DNA of 64,000 nucleotides from Escherichia coli (GTDB lineage Bacteria > Pseudomonadota > Gammaproteobacteria > Enterobacterales > Enterobacteriaceae): assembly GCF_044324875.1 (NCBI RefSeq), contig NZ_CP172185.1, one strand, 5' to 3'. Position numbers and translations under genes: made by a program. Numbering within the stretch: position 1 is the first letter of the stretch; each line of letters starts with the position of its first letter. Below the pieces are notes generated by a model. It saw only the letters and a program-made list of their open reading frames with translations. It did not search any database and was not told where the DNA came from. Shown here piece after piece: positions 1 to 10,637 of this stretch.

Positions 1-4
1 GAAT

Positions 5-13
5 CATTGGCGG
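5..13. repeat. 9-bp target-site duplication CATTGGCGG flanking IS1 (second copy at 782..790)
   Basis: Identical 9-mer immediately outside both IS1 ends. Confidence 0.8.
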
Positions 14-68
14 GGTGATGCTGCCAACTTACTGATTTAGTGTATGATGGTGTTTTTGAGGTGCTCCA

Positions 69-344
69 GTGGCTTCTGTTTCTATCAGCTGTCCCTCCTG
101 TTCAGCTACTGACGGGGTGGTGCGTAACGGCAAAAGCACCGCCGGACATCAGCGCTATCTCTGCTCTCACTGCCGTAAAACATGGCAACTGCAGTTCACT
201 TACACCGCTTCTCAACCCGGTACGCACCAGAAAATCATTGATATGGCCATGAATGGCGTTGGATGCCGGGCAACTGCCCGCATTATGGGCGTTGGCCTCA
301 ACACGATTTTACGTCACTTAAAAAACTCAGGCCGCAGTCGGTAA
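69..344 (+). CDS. insA: IS1 InsA (transposition inhibitor / N-terminal part of InsAB' transposase)
   Basis: 91-aa ORF with Cys-rich N-terminus ([10 protein letters not shown]...CSHCRKTW) recognised as IS1 InsA. Confidence 0.9.
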
Positions 345-766
345 CCTCGCGCATACAGCCGGGCAGTGACGTCATCGTCTGCGCGGAAATGGACGAACAG
401 TGGGGCTATGTCGGGGCTAAATCGCGCCAGCGCTGGCTGTTTTACGCGTATGACAGGCTCCGGAAGACGGTTGTTGCGCACGTATTCGGTGAACGCACTA
501 TGGCGACGCTGGGGCGTCTTATGAGCCTGCTGTCACCCTTTGACGTGGTGATATGGATGACGGATGGCTGGCCACTGTATGAATCCCGCCTGAAGGGAAA
601 GCTGCACGTAATCAGCAAGCGATATACGCAGCGAATTGAGCGGCATAACCTGAATCTGAGGCAGCACCTGGCACGGCTGGGACGGAAGTCGCTGTCGTTC
701 TCAAAATCGGTGGAGCTGCATGACAAAGTCATCGGGCATTATCTGAACATAAAACACTATCAATAA
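263..766 (+). CDS. insB: IS1 InsB reading frame (expressed as InsAB' fusion by -1 frameshift)
   Basis: 167-aa ORF overlapping insA 3' end in a different frame, as in IS1. Confidence 0.85.
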
Positions 767-781
767 GTTGGAGTCATTACC

Positions 782-1609
782 CATTGGCGGTACGGCGGAA
801 ATTACCGCGCCGATATTGGGCACGTAGTTGAGCAAAAACGCCAGTACTGCCCACATCAGCGCAAACTGTACGCCCATTAGCGCCAGCCCCAGCCAGACGA
901 TTACGCCTGTCCATAAACTTAGCAGCGTCTTTAACGCCAGATAATGCGAAACACCTTTTAAGGCGCGGTGTAGTCCGGCGATGTGAATCTGTGGATTATT
1001 CAACGCAAAACGCATTTTGTAAGGGACGTGGCGCACTTCAAACAGCATGAAAACTACGGTCATCACCAGCAAAAGCACGCTCGCCATTGCCCCGGAAAGC
1101 CCGGTCATTAGCGCCGTGGTGAAGGTAACCACTTTTTCCGAGTCCATCCGCTGCAGCATTCGCTCCGGTGACATATGCAAATTAAGAAAAGGCAACATCT
1201 CCTGCAATTTAAAAAGTTTGCGCGTTAGCTCCTTATTAAACTTCGGCAGCATAGAGATAAATTCGTTAAACGATGCCGCCAGTACGCCAACCAGCGCGGT
1301 TAGTGCGATCAGCATCACCACCACCACAATCGTAATGGCAACGGGGCGTTGTACTCCCCGACGAATAAACCAGGTGACGAGCGGGTTGAGGACGATGGCA
1401 AAAAACAGCGCCAGTAACAGCTGCACAATGATATCTGCCGCTGCGTGAATTCCCGCGAGGATCACTACCAGCGAGGCCAGCTTGAGCAGAATGTGCATGC
1501 CCGTTTTATCGGGTTGAGGGGTTTCCATTGGGGCTTCCTTGTGACTTTTTGTATTAAGTGTAGCGGGAGTCACGCCAGCAATATTCTGATTCTTACTGCT
1601 GATTTTCAC
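782..1609 (-). pseudogene. yhhT: yhhT (PerM/AI-2E-family membrane protein) interrupted near its 3' end by IS1
   Basis: ORF 701..1609 encodes a multi-TM protein whose last ~27 codons are read from IS1 sequence; the native C-terminus must lie left of IS1, outside the window. Confidence 0.7.
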
Positions 1610-1659
1610 GTCAGCACGTGGTAAAAATGAAACACTGTTGTAAAAATGTGGTGATCCTC

Positions 1660-2865
1660 ATGCCCGAACCCGCGCTAAACGGATTGCGCCTGAATTTGCG
1701 CATTGTCTCCATTGTCATGTTTAACTTCGCCAGCTACCTCACCATCGGGTTGCCGCTCGCTGTATTACCGGGCTATGTCCATGATGTGATGGGCTTTAGC
1801 GCTTTCTGGGCAGGATTGGTTATCAGCCTGCAATATTTCGCCACCTTGCTGAGCCGCCCTCATGCCGGACGTTACGCCGATTTGCTGGGACCCAAAAAGA
1901 TTGTCGTCTTCGGTTTATGTGGCTGCTTTTTGAGCGGTCTGGGATATCTGACGGCAGGATTAACCGCCAGTCTGCCCGTCATCAGCCTGTTATTACTTTG
2001 CCTGGGACGCGTCATCCTTGGGATTGGGCAAAGTTTTGCCGGAACGGGATCGACCCTGTGGGGCGTTGGCGTGGTTGGCTCGCTGCATATCGGGCGGGTG
2101 ATTTCGTGGAACGGCATTGTCACTTACGGGGCGATGGCGATGGGTGCGCCGTTAGGTGTCGTGTTTTATCACTGGGGCGGCTTGCAGGCGTTAGCGTTAA
2201 TCATTATGGGCGTGGCGCTGGTGGCCATTTTGTTGGCGATCCCGCGTCCGACGGTAAAAGCCAGTAAAGGCAAACCGCTGCCGTTTCGCGCGGTGCTTGG
2301 GCGCGTCTGGCTGTACGGGATGGCGCTGGCACTGGCTTCCACCGGATTTGGCGTTATCGCCACCTTTATCACGCTGTTTTATGACGCTAAAGGTTGGGAC
2401 GGTGCGGCTTTCGCGCTGACGCTGTTTAGCTGTGCGTTTGTCGGTACGCGTTTGTTATTCCCTAATGGCATTAACCGTATCGGCGGCTTAAACGTGGCGA
2501 TGATTTGCTTTAGCGTTGAGATAATCGGCCTGCTACTGGTTGGCGTGGCGACTATGCCGTGGATGGCGAAAATCGGCGTCTTACTGGCGGGGGCAGGGTT
2601 TTCGCTGGTGTTCCCGGCATTGGGCGTAGTGGCGGTAAAAGCGGTTCCGCAGCAAAATCAGGGGGCGGCTCTGGCAACCTACACCGTATTTATGGATTTA
2701 TCGCTTGGCGTGACCGGACCACTGGCTGGGCTGGTGATGAGTTGGGCGGGCGTACCGGTGATTTATCTGGCGGCGGCGGGACTGGTCGCAATCGCGTTAT
2801 TACTGACGTGGCGATTAAAAAAACGGCCTCCGGAACACGTCCCTGAGGCCGCCTCATCATCTTAA
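1660..2865 (+). CDS. yhhS: MFS transporter YhhS
   Basis: 12-TM-like hydrophobic protein; start chosen at MPEPALNGL (ORF opens at 1618); conserved position. Confidence 0.8.
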   Translation: MPEPALNGLRLNLRIVSIVMFNFASYLTIGLPLAVLPGYVHDVMGFSAFWAGLVISLQYFATLLSRPHAGRYADLLGPKKIVVFGLCGCFLSGLGYLTAGLTASLPVISLLLLCLGRVILGIGQSFAGTGSTLWGVGVVGSLHIGRVISWNGIVTYGAMAMGAPLGVVFYHWGGLQALALIIMGVALVAILLAIPRPTVKASKGKPLPFRAVLGRVWLYGMALALASTGFGVIATFITLFYDAKGWDGAAFALTLFSCAFVGTRLLFPNGINRIGGLNVAMICFSVEIIGLLLVGVATMPWMAKIGVLLAGAGFSLVFPALGVVAVKAVPQQNQGAALATYTVFMDLSLGVTGPLAGLVMSWAGVPVIYLAAAGLVAIALLLTWRLKKRPPEHVPEAASSS

Positions 2866-2868
2866 AAC

Positions 2869-3426
2869 TTACTGAATAACCAGCGTATTAATGATGTTTT
2901 CTGCGGTGGTCTGCGCTTTTTGCTGATCGTCAGCGGGCAGCGTAATTTGCATGGTCAGCAGTTGATTACCCACGTTACCCAGAATAACGGAAGAGTACGC
3001 CGTCTGGCCTTTCGCGGAGATAATGCTGTCTAACTGCTGCATTTTGTGACCTTTCAGCTCAATGGCTTTATTGGTTACCACTTGCAGCTGCGGATCGCGG
3101 CTACGTTGCTGATCTTCCAGACGCTTCGCCAGCACCGCCAGATCTTCTTTCGGGTCATCGCCCATGATGACGATGACTGCTTTCTGCCCGGTGGCATCGG
3201 ACCAGACATGCATGTTATTGGCCTGCGTTCCCAGCTTACCGCTCTGGTCGGTCATATCCGCTGGCAGCGAGAAACTTAACTTGCCATCAAGCAGGTTGAC
3301 GGGATTCCCGGTAGCGTTACTTTCCGCGACCGAACCCTGCGCCGTAGCGTTAGTGTCTTTATCATCACAGGCCGCAAGCCCCATAACCAGCAGGCCAATT
3401 CCGACATATTTAACCAGATTGCGCAT
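2869..3426 (-). CDS. dcrB: periplasmic lipoprotein DcrB
   Basis: Lipoprotein signal [20 protein letters not shown]; internal start chosen within ORF 2869..3480. Confidence 0.8.
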
Positions 3427-3498
3427 TGACTTCTTCCTTTCGATAAACGGCCATAACGGCTCATTCATCCATCTTATCACAACTCTGATAACGAACCT

Positions 3499-4164
3499 TT
3501 AACTCGCCTGCAAAGCGTTGATTTCAGATTTATCTGCCAGTCTTTTCAACAGCATATTGAGTAATACGCCATACATTGGCAGGAAGAAAACGATACTGAT
3601 TAACACTTTGAAACAGTAATCGACCAGCGCGATTTCCATCCAGTGTTCAGCCATAAAGGCATCGGGGCTACGCCAGAAGGCAATGAAGAAGAAGGCCAGT
3701 GTGTCGCTGACGTTACCGAACAGTGTGGACGCTGTCGGTGCCAGCCACCAGCGGCGACTCTGACGCAGGCGGTTAAAAACGTGCACGTCGAGGATCTGGC
3801 CCAGCGCGTAGGCCATGAAACTGGCGGTGGCGATACGGGCGACAAACAGGTTGAAGTGAGCGAGTGCGCCGAATCCCTGCCAGGAGCCCATATAGAACAG
3901 CGACGAGATGACGTAGGAGATCAGCAACGCCGGGATCATCACCGCAAAGATGATACGACGGGCCAGCGGTGCGCCAAAAATACGCACAGTCAGGTCGGTA
4001 GCAAGGAAAATAAACGGAAAGCTAAACGCGCCCCATGTGGTATGGAAACCAAAAATGGAGACGGGAAGCTGAACCAGATAGTTACTGGAGGTGATCACCA
4101 GAAGATGAAATAACGATAACCAGAACAACGCCTTATAGCGTTGCGTTTGCGAGAAAACGTTCAT
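3499..4164 (-). CDS. yhhQ: queuosine-precursor transporter YhhQ family membrane protein
   Basis: 221-aa hydrophobic ORF, conserved neighbour of tusA. Confidence 0.8.
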   Translation of the reverse strand: MNVFSQTQRYKALFWLSLFHLLVITSSNYLVQLPVSIFGFHTTWGAFSFPFIFLATDLTVRIFGAPLARRIIFAVMIPALLISYVISSLFYMGSWQGFGALAHFNLFVARIATASFMAYALGQILDVHVFNRLRQSRRWWLAPTASTLFGNVSDTLAFFFIAFWRSPDAFMAEHWMEIALVDYCFKVLISIVFFLPMYGVLLNMLLKRLADKSEINALQAS

Positions 4165-4385
4165 ATTGTACCTTTTTGATTAACCATTGGGGTGAGGGAA
4201 CCCAATACGTACGACACGCTATTTTACCTTGATTAAATAACGTTCTTACCCTTTTTTCGAGCCGCCGCATGATACTGCTTTACGTTGACAATGCAATGGT
4301 TAATTTTCACGCAATCGTTAACCTGGTTTGCTTACGGACTCACAGGGCGTAAACTAGCGCCGTTTTTTTAAGTGATGAGAAGAAA

Positions 4386-4631
4386 ATGACCGATCTCTTT
4401 TCCAGCCCTGACCACACACTCGACGCGCTTGGCCTGCGCTGCCCGGAACCGGTGATGATGGTGCGCAAAACCGTGCGCAATATGCAGCCTGGCGAAACGT
4501 TGCTGATTATCGCCGACGATCCGGCCACTACCCGCGATATTCCTGGGTTTTGTACCTTTATGGAACACGAACTGGTTGCTAAAGAGACGGATGGATTGCC
4601 TTATCGTTATTTGATTCGCAAAGGCGGTTGA
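4386..4631 (+). CDS. tusA: sulfur carrier protein TusA
   Basis: 81 aa with CPEP motif ([12 protein letters not shown]). Confidence 0.9.
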
Positions 4632-4732
4632 TGGGGAAAGATTGGCTTCGATGCCGCCTTTTCCCCTCACCCTAACCCTCTCCCCAGAGGAGCGAGGGGA
4701 CCGATCGCGCTCAATGTTGCGATCGGTTTGCC

Positions 4733-6931
4733 TTATCTCCTGCGCAACAGCCTTAACGCATTCGCCGTCACCAGCACCGTCGCACCGGTATCTGCCAGCA
4801 CTGCCAGCCACAGTCCGGTCATCCCTAACAGCGTCGTGACGAGGAAAACGCCTTTCAGCCCCAGCGCAATAGTGATGTTCTGGCGGATATTGGCGTGAGT
4901 GGCGCGTGCCAGTTCAATCATTTGCACCAGGCCGCGCAGGTGGTTATGGGTTAATGCTGCATCGGCGGTTTCCAGCGCCACGTCTGTGCCACTGCCCATT
5001 GCAATCCCGATGGCGGCGGCTTTCATCGCTGGCGCGTCGTTAATACCGTCACCGACCATCGCCAGCGGCGCATGTTGATTCAGTTCGGTTACCGCTTTGA
5101 CTTTATCTTCCGGCAATAGGCCCGCTTTAAACTCCAGCCCCAGTTCCCCGGCAATTGCCGCCGCTGCGCGTGGATTATCGCCGGTGAGGATCACCCCTTT
5201 GACGCCCAGCGCGTTCAGTTCACTGATAGCAGTTGCAGCATCGGCGCGCAGGGTATCCTGCAACGCAATGACACCAAGCACGTCATCATTACGTACTACC
5301 AGCACTACCGTTTGCCCGGCGCTTTCCAGTTCATTAATCAAACCAGCAAATGCAACAGCGGGATGTTTCCCTGCAGCGCATATCAACACGCGCTCACCGT
5401 TAACCTGCGCTTCAATGCCAGACCCAACCAGCGCCCGCTGTGATTGGGCGGCGGGAATGGCGAGTTCAGCAACCTGTGCTTCTCGCACGATGGCTTGCGC
5501 CAGTGGATGCGTCGCGCCTTGCTCGACCGCCGCTGCCAGTGTCAGCAGTTCAGATTCACTAATACCCGTTGCCGGATGAATCGCGGTAACGCGCGGTTTA
5601 CCGACGGTCAGCGTACCGGTTTTATCAAACGCCACCTGGGTAACACGACCTAGTTGTTCCAGCGCCGCACCGCCTTTAATCAACGCCCCACGACGCGCTG
5701 CTGCTGCCAGCCCGGAGGTTATCGCCGCAGGCGTTGAGATAACTAACGCACACGGGCAACCAATCAGCAGCAGCGTCAGCCCTTTATAAATCCACTCTTG
5801 CCAGCTGGCGGCAAACAGCAGCGGCGGCACCAGCGTTACCAGCAGGGCGACGGCCATAATCGCGGGCGTGTAGATACGGCTGAAACGGTCGATAAACCGC
5901 TCAATGGGGGCGCGACGCTCTTCGGCTTCTTCGATCAGTTTCAGAATCCGGTCAATGGCGCTGGCACCCGGTTCTGACAGCACTTCCAGCGTTACCAGAC
6001 GGTCTACGCTGGTGGCTCCAGCAGGGACTTTATTGCCCGTTGCGCGCTCCACCGGAATAGATTCGCCGGTCAGGGCGCTTTCATCAAAACTGGCAAACGG
6101 TGAGAGCAGTTTACCGTCGGCAGGCAAACGTCCACCTGCGGCGACTTCAATCACATCGCCAGGGCGTAGGCTGTTAATCGCCACCTCTTCCCGCTCACCG
6201 TTACGCAGGCGCGTGGCGGTTTCTGGTTTCAGCGCCATTAACGCGCTAACGCCCTGACGCGCGCGGCTGGCGGCCCAGCCTTCCAGTCGTTCACCAATCA
6301 AAAACAGCAGCAACACCATCGCAGCTTCAGCCGTTGCGCCAATAAACAGCGCACCAATAGCGGCTACGCTCATTAACGTTTCAATGGCGAAGTAGCTGCC
6401 GGATTTGATCAGCCGTAATGCCTGACGAGCAATCGGGTACAGCCCAACCAGCGTGGTCGCGATAAACGCCAGTTGCCCGAACGGATGATTAAACTGCTCC
6501 AGACCCCAGCTGATTGCCATCATCACGATTAGCGTAATCAGCGGCAAATTCTCTTTCAGGCGTGATGTTTGCGGTTCGTCGGCGGCCTGTTCATCGCGCA
6601 GGGAATAGCCCGCTTTTTGCACCGCAGATTCAACCTGGGCACGGATGTCATTGTCGGCATCGACCACCAGTTTTTCGGTGGCGAACAACACCTGCACCTG
6701 ATTCACGCCTGCAAGCTGGCGCACGGCATTTTCTACCTTGCGCGCACAGGCGGCGCAGTCCATGCCGCTGACTTTCCAGCTATAGCGGGTGCCGGAGACG
6801 TTTTCAGAGAGAGTTGGCGTGCTGGAACATGCGCCGTCGCAGCAACAGTCGTTGGCGTTCTGTACCGTGGTTAGCGGTTTGAACGCAGCAAATTGAGGGG
6901 CTTTCTTGCCGTGATTGTCAGGAGTCGACAT
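4733..6931 (-). CDS. zntA: Zn/Cd/Pb-exporting P-type ATPase ZntA
   Basis: 732 aa; N-terminal metal-binding GMDCAAC, CPC in TM region, DKTGT phosphorylation motif, GDGINDAP. Confidence 0.95.
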   Translation of the reverse strand: MSTPDNHGKKAPQFAAFKPLTTVQNANDCCCDGACSSTPTLSENVSGTRYSWKVSGMDCAACARKVENAVRQLAGVNQVQVLFATEKLVVDADNDIRAQVESAVQKAGYSLRDEQAADEPQTSRLKENLPLITLIVMMAISWGLEQFNHPFGQLAFIATTLVGLYPIARQALRLIKSGSYFAIETLMSVAAIGALFIGATAEAAMVLLLFLIGERLEGWAASRARQGVSALMALKPETATRLRNGEREEVAINSLRPGDVIEVAAGGRLPADGKLLSPFASFDESALTGESIPVERATGNKVPAGATSVDRLVTLEVLSEPGASAIDRILKLIEEAEERRAPIERFIDRFSRIYTPAIMAVALLVTLVPPLLFAASWQEWIYKGLTLLLIGCPCALVISTPAAITSGLAAAARRGALIKGGAALEQLGRVTQVAFDKTGTLTVGKPRVTAIHPATGISESELLTLAAAVEQGATHPLAQAIVREAQVAELAIPAAQSQRALVGSGIEAQVNGERVLICAAGKHPAVAFAGLINELESAGQTVVLVVRNDDVLGVIALQDTLRADAATAISELNALGVKGVILTGDNPRAAAAIAGELGLEFKAGLLPEDKVKAVTELNQHAPLAMVGDGINDAPAMKAAAIGIAMGSGTDVALETADAALTHNHLRGLVQMIELARATHANIRQNITIALGLKGVFLVTTLLGMTGLWLAVLADTGATVLVTANALRLLRRR

Positions 6932-6973
6932 GGCATCCTCCGGTTAAGTTTTTTCTCATTAACCGAAGGATAC

Positions 6974-6995
6974 ACTCTGGAGTCGACTCCAGAGT
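6974..6995 (-). promoter_or_regulatory. ZntR (MerR-type) operator palindrome in zntA promoter
   Basis: Perfect 22-bp palindrome ACTCTGGAGTCGACTCCAGAGT immediately upstream of zntA, adjacent TTGACT -35. Confidence 0.7.
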
Positions 6996-7004
6996 CAAGT
7001 TTTA

Positions 7005-7631
7005 TCAGAGATACAGCGAGCGGACGATGAGGAAATGACCGGCAAAGTAGCAGGCCGCAGCAATCGCGTTGTCCGCACGGAAGCGTCGGCGATAGTGACT
7101 ACCCAGCCAGACAAAGTTACTGATAAATAGCAACGAAGCGCCGACAAACGCAGAGAGCGCCGGAGCGGTCGGACGGAAGAACCACAGTTCACCTGCCAGC
7201 CACACCATCACCAGCGTCATGCCGATAAACGTGCAGATAGGCCAACGATACTCTTCCAGACGCGTCCAGATAATCGCCAGTAACAGCGCGCCCAGAACCA
7301 GCAACACCAGTGGCAGAGGCCAGAAGAAAGAGAGCGTCATCTGACTGGCGAAATAGATGGTGTACAGCAGGTGCGAGAGGAAAAACGCGCCGATGGCGTA
7401 CATCAGACGTTGACGTGGCAACAGGGTTAGCGCATCGCCCAGCAGTGAGGCGCACAGCCCCGCCAGCACCAGATAGCTAATGGCGTCGAACATTGGCGCT
7501 TGCCAGGCCAGTAACAGCAGGAGAAGAAGGGTTAACGGTTTAAACACCCAGCGTTGCCAGGTTGGCCCACGATACGATGCATCCACAGATAGCCATGCGG
7601 AAAGACAGACAGCGATAAACGACCAAAGCAT
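7005..7631 (-). CDS. yhhN: YhhN family membrane protein
   Basis: 208-aa hydrophobic ORF, conserved synteny. Confidence 0.75.
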
Positions 7632-7771
7632 CTTAGTTCCTTGAATTCGTTATTTTTTCGTAAGCGGAATGCCTACGGTCTTGCTTCCAGTTTAGTGGCG
7701 AGGGTGGACGGATGACAACACCATAACTGGCAGGGTATGCTTATTTCCGCATTTTCCGATGAGGGATAAAG

Positions 7772-8131
7772 ATGAGCAAACCACCTCTTTTCTTTATTGT
7801 TATCATTGGCTTAATCATCGTCGCCGCATCGTTTCGTTTTATGCAACAGCGACGGGAAAAAGCTGATAATGATATGGCACCACTCCAGCAAAAGCTGGTG
7901 GTGGTGAGCAACAAGCGGGAAAAACCGATTAACGATCGCCGTTCGCGCCAGCAGGAAGTGACTCCGGCAGGCACCAGTATGCGCTATGAGGCAAGCTTCA
8001 AACCGCAAAGCGGAGGAATGGAGCAGACGTTTCGCCTCGACGCCCAGCAATACCACGCCCTGACAGTGGGTGATAAAGGTACGCTGAGCTATAAAGGAAC
8101 GCGCTTTGTCAGCTTTCTAGGCGAACAATAA
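7772..8131 (+). CDS. yhhM: DUF2500 protein YhhM
   Basis: 119-aa ORF with N-terminal TM segment. Confidence 0.7.
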   Translation: MSKPPLFFIVIIGLIIVAASFRFMQQRREKADNDMAPLQQKLVVVSNKREKPINDRRSRQQEVTPAGTSMRYEASFKPQSGGMEQTFRLDAQQYHALTVGDKGTLSYKGTRFVSFLGEQ

Positions 8132-8133
8132 GG

Positions 8134-8406
8134 TTATTTTTTAACTTTAAATTTCTTCTGCCAGACCAGTAGTTCAAACACGCCGAAAAGGAAAATCCGC
8201 ACCTTTTCGGCGGTGGTCATCTGCGGGCCATCATTCGGTAAAGTGGATTTCAATAGCGCCAGCTGCATACCATGCATCAGCACGGTAAAAATCAGCGCCA
8301 CGTTAACAAAAATATTCAGCGGGCGTGGGAAGGGATGCACCAGGTTGAGGATTAAAAATCCCCAAACGCAGAGCATTAACAAACGACCAATATTAATCAG
8401 CATCAC
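8134..8406 (-). CDS. yhhL: small membrane protein YhhL (DUF1145)
   Basis: 90-aa hydrophobic ORF overlapping rsmD start. Confidence 0.7.
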   Translation of the reverse strand: MMLINIGRLLMLCVWGFLILNLVHPFPRPLNIFVNVALIFTVLMHGMQLALLKSTLPNDGPQMTTAEKVRIFLFGVFELLVWQKKFKVKK

Positions 8407-8989
8407 TTTCTCCTTGTGCTTCGCGTTGATACAGCCGATAAGCCACCTGACCCGCCACTTTTTCCCGATGTAATGACCAGTTTGCCGGAACAGTGGGCAG
8501 ACCGTTTTCTACTTCGCTTTCGACATAAATCAGGGCTTCGTCAGCCAGCCAGCCGTTATCTTCCAGTAAATTTATCGTCTCTTCTAACAATCCACGGCGG
8601 AACGGTGGATCGACAAACACGATATTATGCGGTGTGCCTTTTTGCGCCAGGAATGACATCGCGTTGCTGTTCACCACGCGTGCATTGCCTGCTTTTAGTG
8701 TCGCCAGGTTCTTAATTAACTGCTGAGAAACCGCGCGATCCATCTCAATCAACGTGGCCCCCGCAGCGTAGCGCGATAACGCTTCCAGCCCCAGCGCGCC
8801 GCTTCCGGCGAAGCAATCCAGACATTGGGCGTCAACAATGACCGGAGCCAGCCAGTTAAACAACGTTTCGCGTACGCGGTCGGTGGTGGGGCGCAGACCC
8901 GGGCTATCAGGAACCGGGAGTTTACGGCCTCGCCACTGCCCGCCAATAATGCGGATTTGGCCGCTGCCGGAATGATTCGGTTTTTTCAT
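8393..8989 (-). CDS. rsmD: 16S rRNA m2G966 methyltransferase RsmD
   Basis: 198 aa; SAM-MTase motifs (LDCFAGSGALGLEALSR, VDPPF). Confidence 0.9.
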   Translation of the reverse strand: MKKPNHSGSGQIRIIGGQWRGRKLPVPDSPGLRPTTDRVRETLFNWLAPVIVDAQCLDCFAGSGALGLEALSRYAAGATLIEMDRAVSQQLIKNLATLKAGNARVVNSNAMSFLAQKGTPHNIVFVDPPFRRGLLEETINLLEDNGWLADEALIYVESEVENGLPTVPANWSLHREKVAGQVAYRLYQREAQGESDAD

Positions 8990-9138
8990 GATAAATTGCT
9001 CAATCCGCCAGATAACACATACTTGCAGGCGGTGATGTGAATTAAGTTAAGTGATAGACTATTTCATCATTTTTTTAGCTGCTATGTACATAGCGTTAAC
9101 GCTGTGCCGTGAAGCAACAGCGAGGAGTGTAGTCGCAA

Positions 9139-10635
9139 ATGGCGAAAGAAAAAAAACGTGGCTTTTTTTCCTGGCTGGGCTTTGGTCAAAAAGAGCAGAC
9201 CCCGGAAAAAGAGACAGAAGTTCAGAATGAACAACCGGTTGTAGAAGAAATCGTTCCGGCGCAAGAGCCTGCGAAGGCTTCTGAACAAGCCGTTGAAGAG
9301 CAGCCGCAGGCGCATACTGAGGCCGAGGCGGAAACTTTTGCTGCCGACGTTGTGGAAGTCACTGAACAGGTTGCTGAAAGTGAAAAAGCGCAGCCTGAAG
9401 CGGAAGTCGTTGCACAGCCGGAACCGGTCGTAGAAGAAACGCCGGAGCCAGTGGCTATCGAGCGTGAAGAGCTGCCGTTGCCGGAAGACGTCAACGCCGA
9501 AGAGGTTTCGCCAGAAGAGTGGCAGGCCGAAGCGGAAACCGTAGAGATTGTCGAAGCGGCGGAAGAAGAAGCGGCTAAAGAAGAAATCACCGATGAAGAG
9601 CTGGAAGCACAGGCGCTGGCTGCCGAAGCAGCAGAAGAGGCGGTGATGGTGGTTCCTCCGGCAGAAGAAGAGCAGCCGGTGGAAGAAATCGCTCAGGAGC
9701 AGGAAAAACCGACCAAAGAAGGTTTCTTCGCGCGCCTGAAACGCAGCCTGTTAAAAACCAAAGAAAATCTCGGTTCCGGATTTATCAGCCTGTTCCGCGG
9801 TAAAAAAATCGACGATGATCTGTTTGAGGAGCTGGAAGAGCAGCTGTTGATCGCCGATGTGGGCGTGGAAACCACACGTAAAATTATCACCAATCTGACG
9901 GAAGGCGCATCCCGCAAGCAGCTTCGTGATGCCGAGGCGCTCTATGGCCTGCTGAAAGAAGAGATGGGTGAGATTCTGGCGAAAGTCGATGAGCCGCTGA
10001 ATGTTGAAGGTAAAACGCCGTTTGTGATCCTGATGGTGGGCGTCAACGGTGTGGGTAAAACCACGACGATTGGTAAGCTGGCACGTCAGTTTGAGCAGCA
10101 GGGTAAATCGGTGATGCTGGCGGCGGGCGATACTTTCCGTGCAGCAGCGGTTGAGCAGCTTCAGGTCTGGGGTCAGCGCAACAATATTCCGGTGATTGCA
10201 CAGCATACCGGGGCGGATTCCGCCTCTGTTATCTTCGACGCCATTCAGGCAGCTAAAGCGCGTAATATCGACGTCCTGATTGCCGATACCGCCGGACGCC
10301 TGCAGAACAAATCGCACCTGATGGAAGAGTTGAAGAAAATCGTCCGCGTGATGAAGAAACTCGACGTTGAAGCGCCGCATGAAGTTATGCTGACTATTGA
10401 TGCCAGCACCGGGCAGAACGCGGTAAGCCAGGCCAAACTGTTCCACGAAGCCGTTGGCTTAACCGGCATCACGCTAACGAAACTGGACGGCACGGCGAAA
10501 GGCGGGGTAATTTTCTCGGTGGCTGACCAGTTTGGTATCCCTATCCGCTACATTGGTGTCGGCGAACGTATTGAGGATTTGCGTCCGTTTAAGGCGGACG
10601 ACTTTATAGAGGCACTTTTTGCCCGAGAGGATTAA
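9139..10635 (+). CDS. ftsY: signal recognition particle receptor FtsY
   Basis: Acidic E/A-rich N-domain followed by SRP GTPase domain (GVNGVGKTT, DTAGR, TKLD). Confidence 0.95.
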   Translation: MAKEKKRGFFSWLGFGQKEQTPEKETEVQNEQPVVEEIVPAQEPAKASEQAVEEQPQAHTEAEAETFAADVVEVTEQVAESEKAQPEAEVVAQPEPVVEETPEPVAIEREELPLPEDVNAEEVSPEEWQAEAETVEIVEAAEEEAAKEEITDEELEAQALAAEAAEEAVMVVPPAEEEQPVEEIAQEQEKPTKEGFFARLKRSLLKTKENLGSGFISLFRGKKIDDDLFEELEEQLLIADVGVETTRKIITNLTEGASRKQLRDAEALYGLLKEEMGEILAKVDEPLNVEGKTPFVILMVGVNGVGKTTTIGKLARQFEQQGKSVMLAAGDTFRAAAVEQLQVWGQRNNIPVIAQHTGADSASVIFDAIQAAKARNIDVLIADTAGRLQNKSHLMEELKKIVRVMKKLDVEAPHEVMLTIDASTGQNAVSQAKLFHEAVGLTGITLTKLDGTAKGGVIFSVADQFGIPIRYIGVGERIEDLRPFKADDFIEALFARED

Positions 10636-10637
10636 CA

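Larger units (their letters stand above)
14..781 (+). mobile_element. IS1: IS1 insertion sequence, complete 768-bp copy
   Basis: Ends recalled as IS1 terminal inverted repeats (GGTGATGCTGCCAACTTACTGAT... / ...GAGTCATTACC); contains insA and insB ORFs; flanked by 9-bp direct repeat. Confidence 0.9.

Noticed and set aside
4632-4732. Inverted-repeat-rich tusA-zntA spacer (CCCTCTCCCC…GAGGGGA)
   Set aside because: Consistent with a convergent transcription terminator; too short and ordinary to call a distinct element; ORF 4642..4839 is a shadow ORF.
5097-6874. Several 100-160 codon ORFs on the plus strand inside zntA (5097..5579, 5904..6257, 6569..6874)
   Set aside because: Antisense or out-of-frame ORFs within a GC-rich, well-supported P-type ATPase gene; no independent start or RBS signals; typical shadow ORFs.
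9222-9590. 122-codon antisense ORF rich in Ser/Ala/Thr opposite the ftsY acidic N-domain
   Set aside because: Mirror image of the GAA/GCG-rich repeat in ftsY; low-complexity shadow ORF.
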